This document shows, one piece after another, positions 27,370-37,000 of a stretch of 37,369 bases of DNA. The translations under genes were made by a program, and so were the position numbers. The DNA comes from Chlamydiales bacterium (lineage in GTDB: Bacteria > Chlamydiota > Chlamydiia > Chlamydiales > JBDQID01). Within the stretch, counting starts at the first letter, position 1. Every line of letters starts with the position of its first letter. The notes under the pieces were generated by a model. The model was not told the DNA's origin. It saw only the letters and a program-made list of their open reading frames with translations, and searched no databases. Location of the stretch: the NCBI GenBank assembly GCA_047611865.1, contig JBLFWS010000010.1, positions 1 to 37,369 on the forward strand, written 5' to 3'.

Positions 27370-28764
27370 ATGAGTACACTGACGAAAGATGTTCGAAAGG
27401 ATCAATCCCATTTTGAAAAAATTGTCGAAGAAGTAAAAGCTTTTCCTGGTGGAAAAGTTAAGGTAGCCATAACTGATATCGACGGGGTCTTAAGAGGAAA
27501 GGTAGTCCACATCGATAAATTTCTTTCTCTTGTAAAGAGTGGGTTTGGATTTTGTGATGTTGTTTTTGGTTGGGATTCAAATGACAAATGCTACGATTCA
27601 GTAGGCTTTACTGGATGGCATACCGGATACCCAGATGCTAAAGCCGTTTTAGATTTGGCAACATATAGAAATGTCCCATGGGATAATAACATTCCCTTTT
27701 TCCTCGCGGATCTTGAAAGAGAAGATGGTTCTCCACTAGAAATTTCCCCAAGAAACCTTTTGAAAAAAGTAAGACAAGACTCCCTGGACTTGGGGTATTT
27801 TCCTGTTTTCGCACAAGAGTTTGAGTGGTTTAACTTCAATGAAACCAGTGATTCATTACACGCAAAGGGATTTAGAGAACTAAACACCTTAAGTAAGGGA
27901 ATGTTCGGCTATTCTGTCTTAAGAGCTACTCAAAATGCACCCTTTTTCAATGACTTATTCGACCTTATGGGGAAATTTCGAATTCCAATAGAGGGAATCC
28001 ACACCGAAACGGGTCCAGGTGTCTACGAAGCAGCTATATTGTATGATGATGTACTCGAAGCGGGAGATCGGGCAGTACTTTTTAAAACAGCTGTGAAGGA
28101 GATTGGTCATTATCATGGGATTATGCCAACTTTTATGGCTAAGTGGCATTCAGACTATCCAGGATGTAGTGGCCATGTACATCAAAGCCTTTGGAGTGAT
28201 AATCAGTCACGCAACATTTTTTATGATTCGCAAAAACCTGGGGAACCCAGTGATATTATGAAAAGTTATATCGCAGGACAACTTCACTGCCTTCCTCATA
28301 TTCTCCCCATGTATGCACCAACGATAAATAGTTATAAAAGACTGGTAGAAGGGCATTGGGCTCCGACGACTCTCTCATGGGGTATTGATAACAGGACTGC
28401 ATCCATCCGGGCAATATTGGGTGGTGAAAAATCGGCACGTGTTGAATTACGAGTGCCAGGGTCCGATGTTAATCCTTACTTGGCAATGGCAGCAAGTTTG
28501 GCTTCAGGTTTATATGGAGTGAAAAACAAACTGAACTTGGAAATTCCTGCTTCTCGAGAATCTGCCTATAGAGACAAGTCTCTTGAGACTTTGCCAAAAA
28601 ATTTAGGGGATGCAACGAAAAATATGAAGAATTCTGATTTGCCTAATGAATTATTCGGTGAATCTTTTGTGAAGCATTTTGTAGAGACAAGAGAATGGGA
28701 ATGGCAAGAGCATATGAAAGCGGTTACGGATTGGGAATATAAGCGATACTTTGAAGTAATATGA
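27370..28764 (+). CDS. Glutamine synthetase-like gamma-glutamyl-amine ligase (PuuA/GlnA4-like)
   Basis: DIDGVLRGK, EFEW, HTETGPGVYE, TFMAK, GCSGHVHQS, NSYKRL, DNRT and RVELRVPGSDVNPYL. The flap reads GHWAP rather than the GYEAP of true glutamine synthetase. Confidence 0.9.
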   Translation: MSTLTKDVRKDQSHFEKIVEEVKAFPGGKVKVAITDIDGVLRGKVVHIDKFLSLVKSGFGFCDVVFGWDSNDKCYDSVGFTGWHTGYPDAKAVLDLATYRNVPWDNNIPFFLADLEREDGSPLEISPRNLLKKVRQDSLDLGYFPVFAQEFEWFNFNETSDSLHAKGFRELNTLSKGMFGYSVLRATQNAPFFNDLFDLMGKFRIPIEGIHTETGPGVYEAAILYDDVLEAGDRAVLFKTAVKEIGHYHGIMPTFMAKWHSDYPGCSGHVHQSLWSDNQSRNIFYDSQKPGEPSDIMKSYIAGQLHCLPHILPMYAPTINSYKRLVEGHWAPTTLSWGIDNRTASIRAILGGEKSARVELRVPGSDVNPYLAMAASLASGLYGVKNKLNLEIPASRESAYRDKSLETLPKNLGDATKNMKNSDLPNELFGESFVKHFVETREWEWQEHMKAVTDWEYKRYFEVI

Positions 28765-28790
28765 TCAATTAACAAAAATAGAAGGAGAGA

Positions 28791-29936
28791 ATGGAAATGA
28801 GTATCGCAACACATAGTACATATTCCTATAACTTTCCCACCCATATTCGATTTGGAGAAGGAGTAGTAAGAGAACTGGGGTTTCATCTTAAAAGCCAGGA
28901 GAAATATTCAGTCTTGCTAGTGACAGATCCGCTGTGTTCTACATTACCCTTTTTTCAGGAGGTTGTGCAAACTCTAGATTCGGAGGGGATTAGTGTCGAG
29001 GTTTATGACAAGATTCATAAAAACCCTCTTGCTGGAGATGTGGAAATAGGAGCTAAGCAGTTTCGCAGCACGGCTAGAGATTGTATAGTGGGCATTGGAG
29101 GAGGAGCTTCTCTTGATGTCGCAAGATCTATAACATTGATGGCGCATCACAGAGGACACATTCTTGATTATGAGGAATGTAAAGGTGGAGAGGAGAAAGT
29201 TGTAGATGAAATTCCTTACTTTATTTGTATTCCAACAACTAGTGGAACGGGAAGTGAAGTTGGAAGAAGTGCAGTAATTTCTGATGACAAAACTCATGAA
29301 AAGAAAATAATCTTTTCTCCACGCTTACTTGCCAAAGCTGTTTTTGCGGATCCCCTCCTTACTATGGATCTACCTCCTCACATCACAGCAGCTACAGGAA
29401 TGGATGCTCTGACACATAATATCGAAGCCTATTTGTCCAAAGGGTTTCATCCTATTTGTGATGGGATTGCTTTAGAAGGGGTCAGATTAGTTTGGAATAA
29501 TATCGAAGAAGCCACATTGAGACCTACTCTCGAATCAAGAAGCAATATGCTGATTGCATCTTTAATGGGAGGGGTTGCCTTTCAAAAAGGGCTGGGAGTT
29601 GTCCATTCTACAGCTCATCCCTTGTCTGCAATGCACGATATCCATCACGGGCTTGCAAATGCTGTTATGCTCCCTTATGGGATGCGTTTTAACGCTGAAG
29701 TTTGTGAGGAAAGACTGGAAATTTTAAGTGCTCTTTTGAAGAGTGACGATATTATTGAAAGTATATTAAAACTTAATATCAGTCTGAAATTACCTGATAA
29801 TCTGACGGATCTTGGCGTAAAAAAAGAAGACTTGAGAGAGTTGTCTGAAATGGCATTTGCTGATGGGTGTCATGCATGTAACCCCAAACCTGTTAGTAAA
29901 GAGGACTTTTATAAGCTTTACGAGGATGCTTTATGA
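28791..29936 (+). CDS. Iron-containing alcohol dehydrogenase
   Basis: GGGASLD, PTTSGTGSE, GMDALTHNIE and HSTAH...HHGLANA. Alternative start at 28797. Confidence 0.93.
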   Translation: MEMSIATHSTYSYNFPTHIRFGEGVVRELGFHLKSQEKYSVLLVTDPLCSTLPFFQEVVQTLDSEGISVEVYDKIHKNPLAGDVEIGAKQFRSTARDCIVGIGGGASLDVARSITLMAHHRGHILDYEECKGGEEKVVDEIPYFICIPTTSGTGSEVGRSAVISDDKTHEKKIIFSPRLLAKAVFADPLLTMDLPPHITAATGMDALTHNIEAYLSKGFHPICDGIALEGVRLVWNNIEEATLRPTLESRSNMLIASLMGGVAFQKGLGVVHSTAHPLSAMHDIHHGLANAVMLPYGMRFNAEVCEERLEILSALLKSDDIIESILKLNISLKLPDNLTDLGVKKEDLRELSEMAFADGCHACNPKPVSKEDFYKLYEDAL

Positions 29937-30697
29937 TCAAAGTGGGTGTTTCTTCATGTTTTCTATATCCAGACCCAAAACGAGATGTTCATGGTCCGAA
30001 ATGTTTATCGTATATCGAAAATGATATGTTTCGCTATTTATGCCGGCCCTCCGTTATGCCGGTGATGCTCCCGGATGTGGAAATAGATCTTCTTGAGAAC
30101 TATATGAAAGAGATGGATGGATTCGTTTTACAAGGAGGGGCCGATGTTCATCCAGAGTCATATGGAGAGATAGCTGCAGAAGGTGGAAGGTGGGGCGGTG
30201 ATGCATATCGAGATAAATATGAGTTCAGCATTGTAGATTATGCCATTAGGCATAACAAACCGGTGTTGGGAGTGTGTCGTGGTTGTCAATTGATCAATGT
30301 GTATTTTGGAGGGACGCTCACCCAAGATATCGATACGGATCATCCTGAGGCTTCCAAGCACCGGTGTCGAGAGGTTTACGATAGTTTATATCATGAGGTT
30401 GACATTGTAGCAGGAGGAATTCTGAGCACAATTTACACTCATCATCCCGAGGCCTGCGTTAATTCTATACACCATCAAGGCATCAAAGATCTTGGAAAGG
30501 GTTTGCAGATAGAAGCTCTTTCCCCTAATGATGGTATTATTGAAGCTATTTCGAATAAAGGAACAGGACAGTCATTGGTGTTAGGGGTTCAGTGGCATCC
30601 AGAATTTTCATATACGCTGGATGAAGTAGTGCTTTCTCCCGAACCTTTATTCAATTACTTTTTGGAAGTATGCAAAAATGCAGAGGAAATAAGGTAG
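29933..30697 (+). CDS. Gamma-glutamyl-amide hydrolase, peptidase C26 (PuuD-like)
   Basis: GGADV, RDKYE, GVCRGCQLINV (nucleophile Cys), VNSIHHQ and GVQWHPE; ATGA overlap with the upstream gene. Confidence 0.92.
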   Translation: MIKVGVSSCFLYPDPKRDVHGPKCLSYIENDMFRYLCRPSVMPVMLPDVEIDLLENYMKEMDGFVLQGGADVHPESYGEIAAEGGRWGGDAYRDKYEFSIVDYAIRHNKPVLGVCRGCQLINVYFGGTLTQDIDTDHPEASKHRCREVYDSLYHEVDIVAGGILSTIYTHHPEACVNSIHHQGIKDLGKGLQIEALSPNDGIIEAISNKGTGQSLVLGVQWHPEFSYTLDEVVLSPEPLFNYFLEVCKNAEEIR

Positions 30698-30701
30698 ATT
30701 A

Positions 30702-32060
30702 ATGAAAATATGTAATCCTTCTACACTTGAAGTTATTCAAGAAGTAACCCCAGATGATAAGGGGGAAATTGAACAGAAGTTTAAGGTTTTGCAAAAGGGA
30801 CAAAAAGCTTGGGCTCAGCAAGAGCTTGTAATGAGATTGGAATGTATTGAGCGGTTCTCATCATTGTTAAAACAGAATACTGAAGATCTTGCCCAAAAAT
30901 TGAGTAGCGAAATGGGTAAGCCTATTCAACAGGCACGAAATGAAATTATCGCTTCGAGACAAAGGATCGAATTTTTTACAGAAAACAGCGCCAAATGGCT
31001 AATGCCACATGATGTTCAGGTCAACGAGGAGATAGTAGAGACCCTTGTTTATGAACCTTTAGGAGTTATCGCTAACATCTCGGCATGGAATTATCCCTAC
31101 CTTGTTGGAGTTAACGTTTTCGTTCCTGCTCTGATAGGTGGTAACGCTGTAGTGTATAAGCCGTCAGAATATGCCACTTTAACAGGCCTGGCCATTCAAG
31201 AGTTATTATATGAGGCGGGAATACCCGAGGATGTTTTTTCTTCTGTAATCGGAGCTGCCAACGAAGGAGAACACCTTTTAGATTTGCCCTTTGATGGATA
31301 CTTTTTTACGGGTTCGGTAAAAACAGGGAAGCATATAGCTGAAAGAATAGCCCATAAACTAGTTCCCCTGGGTTTAGAACTAGGAGGGAAAGACCCCCTG
31401 TATGTCACTGATGATTTGGAAGACATCCGTCTGGTGGCTGGAAATTGTGTTGATGGCAGTTTTTATAATAATGGTCAAAGTTGTTGTGGTGTAGAAAGAA
31501 TATATGTTCATCAAAGCATCTATGAAGAATTTCTCGATCATTTCGTTGATATAGCGAAAGAATTGAAAATGGGGAATCCCTTTGAAGAGGGTATACATCA
31601 AGGTCCTTTGGCGAGGTCGGTACATATTCCTTTCTTATTAGATCAAATACAAGACGCCAAGGACAAGGGAGCTAGGGTTCTACTAGGAGGAAATAAAATT
31701 AATGAGATTTTCTTAGAGCCGACAATTTTGGTAAATGTAGATCACACAATGAAAATTATGCAGGAAGAGTCTTTTGGTCCAATCATCGGTATTCAAAAGG
31801 TCACTGGCGATTTAGAGGCTATTGAGCTAATGGAAGACACAGCTTATGGTTTGACAGCATCTGTTTTTTCCAAAGATATAGCAAGAGCTCGTGGTATTCT
31901 TGATAAATTGAACGTAGGGACAGCTTATATCAATTGTTGTGATAGGGTAAGCCCGTATCTACCTTGGTCAGGTAGAAAGCAATCGGGATTGGGTTCCACA
32001 TTGTCTTATCTAGGAATTTTGGCATTTGTACAGCCCAAGGCTTATCAAATAAGATCCTGA
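30702..32060 (+). CDS. NAD(P)-dependent aldehyde dehydrogenase
   Basis: AWNYP, KPSE, FTGS, LELGGKDP, NNGQSCC and EESFGP. Confidence 0.95.
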   Translation: MKICNPSTLEVIQEVTPDDKGEIEQKFKVLQKGQKAWAQQELVMRLECIERFSSLLKQNTEDLAQKLSSEMGKPIQQARNEIIASRQRIEFFTENSAKWLMPHDVQVNEEIVETLVYEPLGVIANISAWNYPYLVGVNVFVPALIGGNAVVYKPSEYATLTGLAIQELLYEAGIPEDVFSSVIGAANEGEHLLDLPFDGYFFTGSVKTGKHIAERIAHKLVPLGLELGGKDPLYVTDDLEDIRLVAGNCVDGSFYNNGQSCCGVERIYVHQSIYEEFLDHFVDIAKELKMGNPFEEGIHQGPLARSVHIPFLLDQIQDAKDKGARVLLGGNKINEIFLEPTILVNVDHTMKIMQEESFGPIIGIQKVTGDLEAIELMEDTAYGLTASVFSKDIARARGILDKLNVGTAYINCCDRVSPYLPWSGRKQSGLGSTLSYLGILAFVQPKAYQIRS

Positions 32061-32202
32061 ACAACTTTTATTATACCGGTCTTGTGTAAAATTATTTGCT
32101 TGTCCTAGTCTCAAGTTAAGATGGAGTTTGAAAATTTTAAAAATTCTGAAGAAGTGTTTAAGTAATTTGCAGGCTCCTTCTAAGCCAAACTAAGAGGCAA
32201 TT

Positions 32203-33129
32203 ATGAAGAGTAAGGTTTATACAATACTAAGGCTTACATTTACCGTTCCATTGATTTTTTTTACGGTTTTTTCTGAGCATTTTTTATTTTCAGCAGAAAT
32301 GAATGAAACTTCAGAGATCTATTTTCAGTCTCACCGAGGTGGATTGAAAGAGGTTCCTGAAAATACCCTGGCAGCTCTCCGATATACATGGAAGTTCAAC
32401 GGGGGGATACCTGAAGTTGATGTGAGAACAACAGCTGATGGGATTTTGGTATGTATTCATGATGACACTCTTGACCGAACAACGAATACTTCAAGTATGC
32501 AAGTTAAGGTTTCTGAAAAGACATTTCATGAATTGCGGCAATATGATGCCGGAGGATTTTTTCATTCAAGGTATTCAGGAGAAAAGATACCGTCCTTGAA
32601 AGAAGTTTTCTTTATAATGAGAGGTAAAGCTCAAAACCAGATTTACCTGGATATCAAGGATGCAGATTTAAAGGACGTAGCTTCTTTAGTCGTAAATTAT
32701 AACCTACAAAATCAAGTTATTTTCGTTCACTCTGATCCCAAGGTTTGCGCAGAAATGCAGAGTTTATATGAAAACGTAAGAACCATGACTTGGCTGAATG
32801 GGAGTTCAGAAGAAATTAAAAAGGGTTTTCAGGAGATAGTTAAATCTGACTTTAAAGGCTTAAGTCAAATTCAATTTCATTTGAATCCGATACAGGGCAA
32901 TGAGTATATTTCCTATGAATTAGAAAGTAATTTTTTGAAGTATGCTTTTGAAGAGACAAAAAAGCGTGGCATAGATTTTCAGGTGAGACCAAAAAAATTC
33001 GATAAAAACTCTATATACGATTTGAAAAAGTTAGGGATTAGATGGTTTGTGACTGATAGCCCACAAGAGTTTATTAATGCTGTAAACATTGTGTCACCTG
33101 ATGAGGAAAATGAGGACTTTGCAGGGTAA
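32203..33129 (+). CDS. Glycerophosphodiester phosphodiesterase (GDPD family), possibly exported
   Basis: SHRGG...PENTLAA, EVDVRTTADGILVCIHDDTLDRTT, IPSLKE and LDIK; hydrophobic N-terminus. Confidence 0.9.
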   Translation: MKSKVYTILRLTFTVPLIFFTVFSEHFLFSAEMNETSEIYFQSHRGGLKEVPENTLAALRYTWKFNGGIPEVDVRTTADGILVCIHDDTLDRTTNTSSMQVKVSEKTFHELRQYDAGGFFHSRYSGEKIPSLKEVFFIMRGKAQNQIYLDIKDADLKDVASLVVNYNLQNQVIFVHSDPKVCAEMQSLYENVRTMTWLNGSSEEIKKGFQEIVKSDFKGLSQIQFHLNPIQGNEYISYELESNFLKYAFEETKKRGIDFQVRPKKFDKNSIYDLKKLGIRWFVTDSPQEFINAVNIVSPDEENEDFAG

Positions 33130-33136
33130 TATTCCC

Positions 33137-33165
33137 TTGAAAAATTGGTAGAAGTTATCTATGCT
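33137..33165 (+). promoter_or_regulatory. Putative sigma70-type promoter for the YbeD-like gene
   Basis: TTGAAA (33137-33142), 17-bp spacer, TATGCT (33160-33165). Confidence 0.5.
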
Positions 33166-33216
33166 TTTTCGCTTATGAAATAGAAATTTCAATTAAATGA
33201 TTATTGAGAATAAATT

Positions 33217-33489
33217 ATGGTTATTGGCGAAGAAGAGTCCCCCCTTATTTTTCCCTGTGAATATCCTGTAACATTTATGGGTCTTGCGGAAAGTGATTTT
33301 GAGGCGAAGGCACTGAGGATAATTGAGAAGCATGTCGGGGTCGTCTTTGAAGACAAAATATCCCGGAAGATCAGTCGTCAGGGTAAGTATGTTTCCGTTA
33401 CAGTCACTGTTTCTGTTGAGGCTAGAAAAGTACTAGAAGCAATATATCGAGATTTTTCAAGCTGTGACGATATCGTTATGACTTTATAA
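33217..33489 (+). CDS. ybeD: YbeD/DUF493 family protein
   Basis: LIFPCEYPVTFMG...SRQGKYVSVTVTV...LEAIY...IVMTL; 90 aa. Confidence 0.85.
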   Translation: MVIGEEESPLIFPCEYPVTFMGLAESDFEAKALRIIEKHVGVVFEDKISRKISRQGKYVSVTVTVSVEARKVLEAIYRDFSSCDDIVMTL

Positions 33490-34671
33490 ACATGCCCATG
33501 GAGAACCAAATATTTTATCTGTAGCGATGATATTGACAGAGTCGATGCATTGGTCCCATTGCTCGGGGGTATTTGCTTTCCAGATGCGAGTTACGAGTTT
33601 TTCCTTTTGGGCTTGAGTGACAAGTTTTTTCCAGTTTTTTGAACCTAGTTTGACATTTAGAAATATTCGGTTTTTCTCTAAAAGAAGAGCTTGATCTAAA
33701 GAGGTGATGGCTCTTTGATCCATATCTACAAAAGCTAAGTGGTTATTTTTATTTGATTCATTTAAATATGCAGTTCTCCTATTTGCAACTTTAAGGTCTG
33801 TATCTGCTCCAGTAATAACAAAGATAAATTTACCTTTGATATCTTCAATTTTTGGCCAGCCGGTACTTTGGACAGATTCTTGTAGGCTTTGCTTATTTTG
33901 TTTAATTTCAGATGGTGTGATAATTTTTCTGCGTGGTATTACTTTTTCAATTACGAAGTCTAATTTTTTAGCAAAATTTCTATCATTTCCATAAAAGCAA
34001 GTTTCTTTAAGATCCAAGTGGATTGTTATTGGAAGATGATCGCCTTCTCTTTCGGACCATTTGTTTATTTCTTTTAGAGCATCTGGCAGAGATCTGCTGG
34101 TGGGTGAGTAGGTACTGCCGTGCTGTAAAACAAATTCCCATGTATCTTTTGAAGAGGACTTTTTTGGGTTTTGAACTAAATCGAGTTCAACAGCAAGACA
34201 TCCTCCTTCCCATGGATTCGACTTAGAAAAAGTTAGTTGAGAGCTTAAACTGCCTTTGTCAAAGGAGTTGTGAGCAGCTTTCATTTGTAGGTCGTTGTAT
34301 CTGGGAGCTCCACACTGTTGAGGAAAAAGTTTGTAGGGGACACGATCTGCAAGCGGAGTGGAAATTGGAACATAAAAAGAATTGTTCCAGCGGTGAGCTC
34401 CTTTGATAGTTAGTGCAACAAGAGGGCATACAAGAGTAAAATAACTGGCAATTTTGAAAGCTTTTACGGCTGAACAGCTACTATGATTATTAGATGACGT
34501 GGTCAATTTTATTTTGTGGAGCCTATCTTCTCCCGAATCCATGCAGTGGGCTTCTTCGCCATCAAGGTTGAAGTAATTTTCAGCAAATTGAATAATTTTA
34601 GATTTCGTGGGGTGTATCTCTGAATAGGTGCTATGTGGGATCACAGGAGTGAAAAAATTTATAGTTCTCAT
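33484..34671 (-). CDS. PI-PLC-like phosphodiesterase with a DUF648-like chlamydial N-terminus
   Basis: N-terminus FFTPV...AENYFNLDG...KIASYFTLVCPLVALTIK; catalytic region RYNDLQMKAAHNSF, VELDL, LQHG, HLPITIHLDLKE and GWPKIEDIKGKFIFV. Confidence 0.78.
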   Translation of the reverse strand: MRTINFFTPVIPHSTYSEIHPTKSKIIQFAENYFNLDGEEAHCMDSGEDRLHKIKLTTSSNNHSSCSAVKAFKIASYFTLVCPLVALTIKGAHRWNNSFYVPISTPLADRVPYKLFPQQCGAPRYNDLQMKAAHNSFDKGSLSSQLTFSKSNPWEGGCLAVELDLVQNPKKSSSKDTWEFVLQHGSTYSPTSRSLPDALKEINKWSEREGDHLPITIHLDLKETCFYGNDRNFAKKLDFVIEKVIPRRKIITPSEIKQNKQSLQESVQSTGWPKIEDIKGKFIFVITGADTDLKVANRRTAYLNESNKNNHLAFVDMDQRAITSLDQALLLEKNRIFLNVKLGSKNWKKLVTQAQKEKLVTRIWKANTPEQWDQCIDSVNIIATDKIFGSPWACL

Positions 34672-35110
34672 TTTATATTTATCTCAATTCGATTTGTAAT
34701 TGAATGGTATTAAAATAATTACTTAAGGCGTAAAAGTCTGCCCAACAACGGTTTATATTAAAATACTAGCAAATATAATTCACTGAGTTTTTAGATATAA
34801 ATATCTAAATACATTGTTAAACTTTAAACGTCTTGTTTTTTTTATAAAATAATAGTTTATACATATTGTCGTGACTCTGAGAGCAGAGTGATGTTGAATG
34901 AATATATTTTGGGGTCGCCCGTACTCAAGTGTCCTGAGTTCATCAAGCCCTTTTCTCTGTAGCGCTTGAACTACTTACCAACACTTGATTCCGACGAGTC
35001 GAGAATTAAAGTTGTTTCTTTGTGAGACTTCCTGAGGTGCCAAAGATACATTGCTTCCGACCGTTTTTGAACTTGTGGTGATGGATGTAAAAACAGCTTA
35101 TAATTTAGCG

Positions 35111-37000
35111 TTATCCCCAAATAAAGGCTCCCTTTTTATGCCAGGAAGCGAAGAGCCTTTCACTTAAAGTCAGCTGCAGACAAGGATCTACTCTATGAGA
35201 TAAAGAAATATCGGTAGCAAGAATTTTACTGGTTTCTCTTGCAAATTTTTCGGATTTTAGTGAGAAGTTGATTTCATGATCAGAAGTAGACACCAAGCTT
35301 TTGTATCCCATATTACTGCTACCTGCAATGACATAGTCATCAACAATCACAACCTTTTTATGATAACCTTTTTTATATTGTTGATATTCGAATATTTCAA
35401 CATTATGTTTAGCTGTAGGGGATAATGAATTTAGTAAATTCCAAAAGTTATATTTGTTTCTAGGCCCAAAAAAAAGATGTCCATTGGGACAATTTTCGTA
35501 AACACCACAGGAAATGATAGTTATTTTAACACCTCTCTCGGCTGCACGAATAATCGAGTTTATTAAATTAGTGGTAGGATGAAAGTACATTTGGGCGATT
35601 TTTATTTCCTTTTCTGCCTTGTTTATATGCGAAATTAATTTTTTTTCATAAGTACTGTGACTATTTTCTGGACCAGAATAAATAGAGTCGAATTCAGAAG
35701 CTTTCGCAATTTTTGGGTTTTTGTGAAAAGAATGTACCGTTGTTGTGATTGTAATCGGAGGTGGTATACGGGTTTTTAGGAGTTTCGTGACTGCAGAATC
35801 TCCATCAACTTCTTTAATTAAATGGTTGTCAAATAGAGGGCTGTCGGCGTCATTAAGAGCTGGAATTTTTTTATATGGAATATCACTTAGAGAATTGAGT
35901 TTTAATTTATTTAGATGAATCAAGGGAGCCTTTAAAACTTTATTGTATTGTTCCCAGCGGTGTGCCAATAGAAGCATTTCTCTGTAGATTTTTTTACCAG
36001 CAGGTTCTCCTCGCGGAGGGCTATGGAAAACAAAGTCCATATCCCTGAAATTACCAGAAATAAATTTGCTCAAAAAACCTTTATCGGGGGAAGCATCATC
36101 CTTCACTGTTTGAGTTGGGTCTGTGTTTGAGAGTTCTTTGTTTGGACTATTTTGACGAAGAAGAAATTCTTCTGTAGTCAACCCATCCTGACCTGTCATA
36201 ACAAAGTTTTCCTTAATTCCGCTTCCTCCGAGGATAAAGTATCTACCATAGTCAATGACAGTACATTTAGTGTGGTTCGTAGCTTTTTTTATGCCTGGAG
36301 ATATGTGCCAGATGTCTGGGCTCTTTATTAAAGAAAACTGATCTGGAAATTGCGTTTGAAGTTTATTGATTTTGTCTATATTTGCAAATTGGACTTTTCC
36401 AACCTTTTTATTTTTTATGAATTTAGGGGAAGAAATAACAATAGCTTTTAGTTCCGGATTTTTTTTCATACGCTGTTCAATTAAATCAAGAAGTTCATCA
36501 AAGGGTTCCCCACCGCAGTAGTTCCCTGAAATAACAATATTGTGCTTAGCCTTTTTGATAAGTTCTTTGCGCCATAAGTCCGTATCTGCACAATGTTCTG
36601 TTGGAAAGGCTTCGCAAGATATTCTTTTGTTTTTACTGGAACTTGATTGTAGCTCAGCATTTGTGATGTCGCTTGATCGGACTATTCCTGCACTTCTACA
36701 AACATGTTTATGGTAGTTTAAGGCGCTTTTAAAAAAGGAAACCGTTAAAAAAGTCGCACCTATAGCACAAGCCGCTATTCCTATGGCTATAGGAATAACT
36801 CCTACTCCCGACAAAGCTGCGACTACTGACGCAACAGCAATGGCTGCAATAGAGAAATTTAGCACCCTTGTTTTATGAGCACGAGCCTTGCGAATATCTT
36901 CTATTGAGGAGGGGCCATATACATGTTCTCCAAATCCTGAATGTGTAGTAACGTGGCTAAAAGGAGTATTTTCTACCCTTTTTCCGATATGTAAATTCAA
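35111..37000 (-). CDS. Phospholipase D family protein with two HKD motifs and an N-terminal hydrophobic hairpin
   Basis: HTKCTVIDYGRYFILGGSG and HKKVVIVDDYVIAGSSN; ~45-aa hydrophobic stretch at aa 46-90; AAGGTG before TTG. Confidence 0.9.
   Translation of the reverse strand: MNLHIGKRVENTPFSHVTTHSGFGEHVYGPSSIEDIRKARAHKTRVLNFSIAAIAVASVVAALSGVGVIPIAIGIAACAIGATFLTVSFFKSALNYHKHVCRSAGIVRSSDITNAELQSSSSKNKRISCEAFPTEHCADTDLWRKELIKKAKHNIVISGNYCGGEPFDELLDLIEQRMKKNPELKAIVISSPKFIKNKKVGKVQFANIDKINKLQTQFPDQFSLIKSPDIWHISPGIKKATNHTKCTVIDYGRYFILGGSGIKENFVMTGQDGLTTEEFLLRQNSPNKELSNTDPTQTVKDDASPDKGFLSKFISGNFRDMDFVFHSPPRGEPAGKKIYREMLLLAHRWEQYNKVLKAPLIHLNKLKLNSLSDIPYKKIPALNDADSPLFDNHLIKEVDGDSAVTKLLKTRIPPPITITTTVHSFHKNPKIAKASEFDSIYSGPENSHSTYEKKLISHINKAEKEIKIAQMYFHPTTNLINSIIRAAERGVKITIISCGVYENCPNGHLFFGPRNKYNFWNLLNSLSPTAKHNVEIFEYQQYKKGYHKKVVIVDDYVIAGSSNMGYKSLVSTSDHEINFSLKSEKFARETSKILATDISLSHRVDPCLQLTLSERLFASWHKKGAFIWG

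Noticed and set aside
27370..28764. True glutamine synthetase glnA
   Set aside because: The flap has W instead of the catalytic E (GHWAP), and the operon context indicates a gamma-glutamyl-amine ligase.
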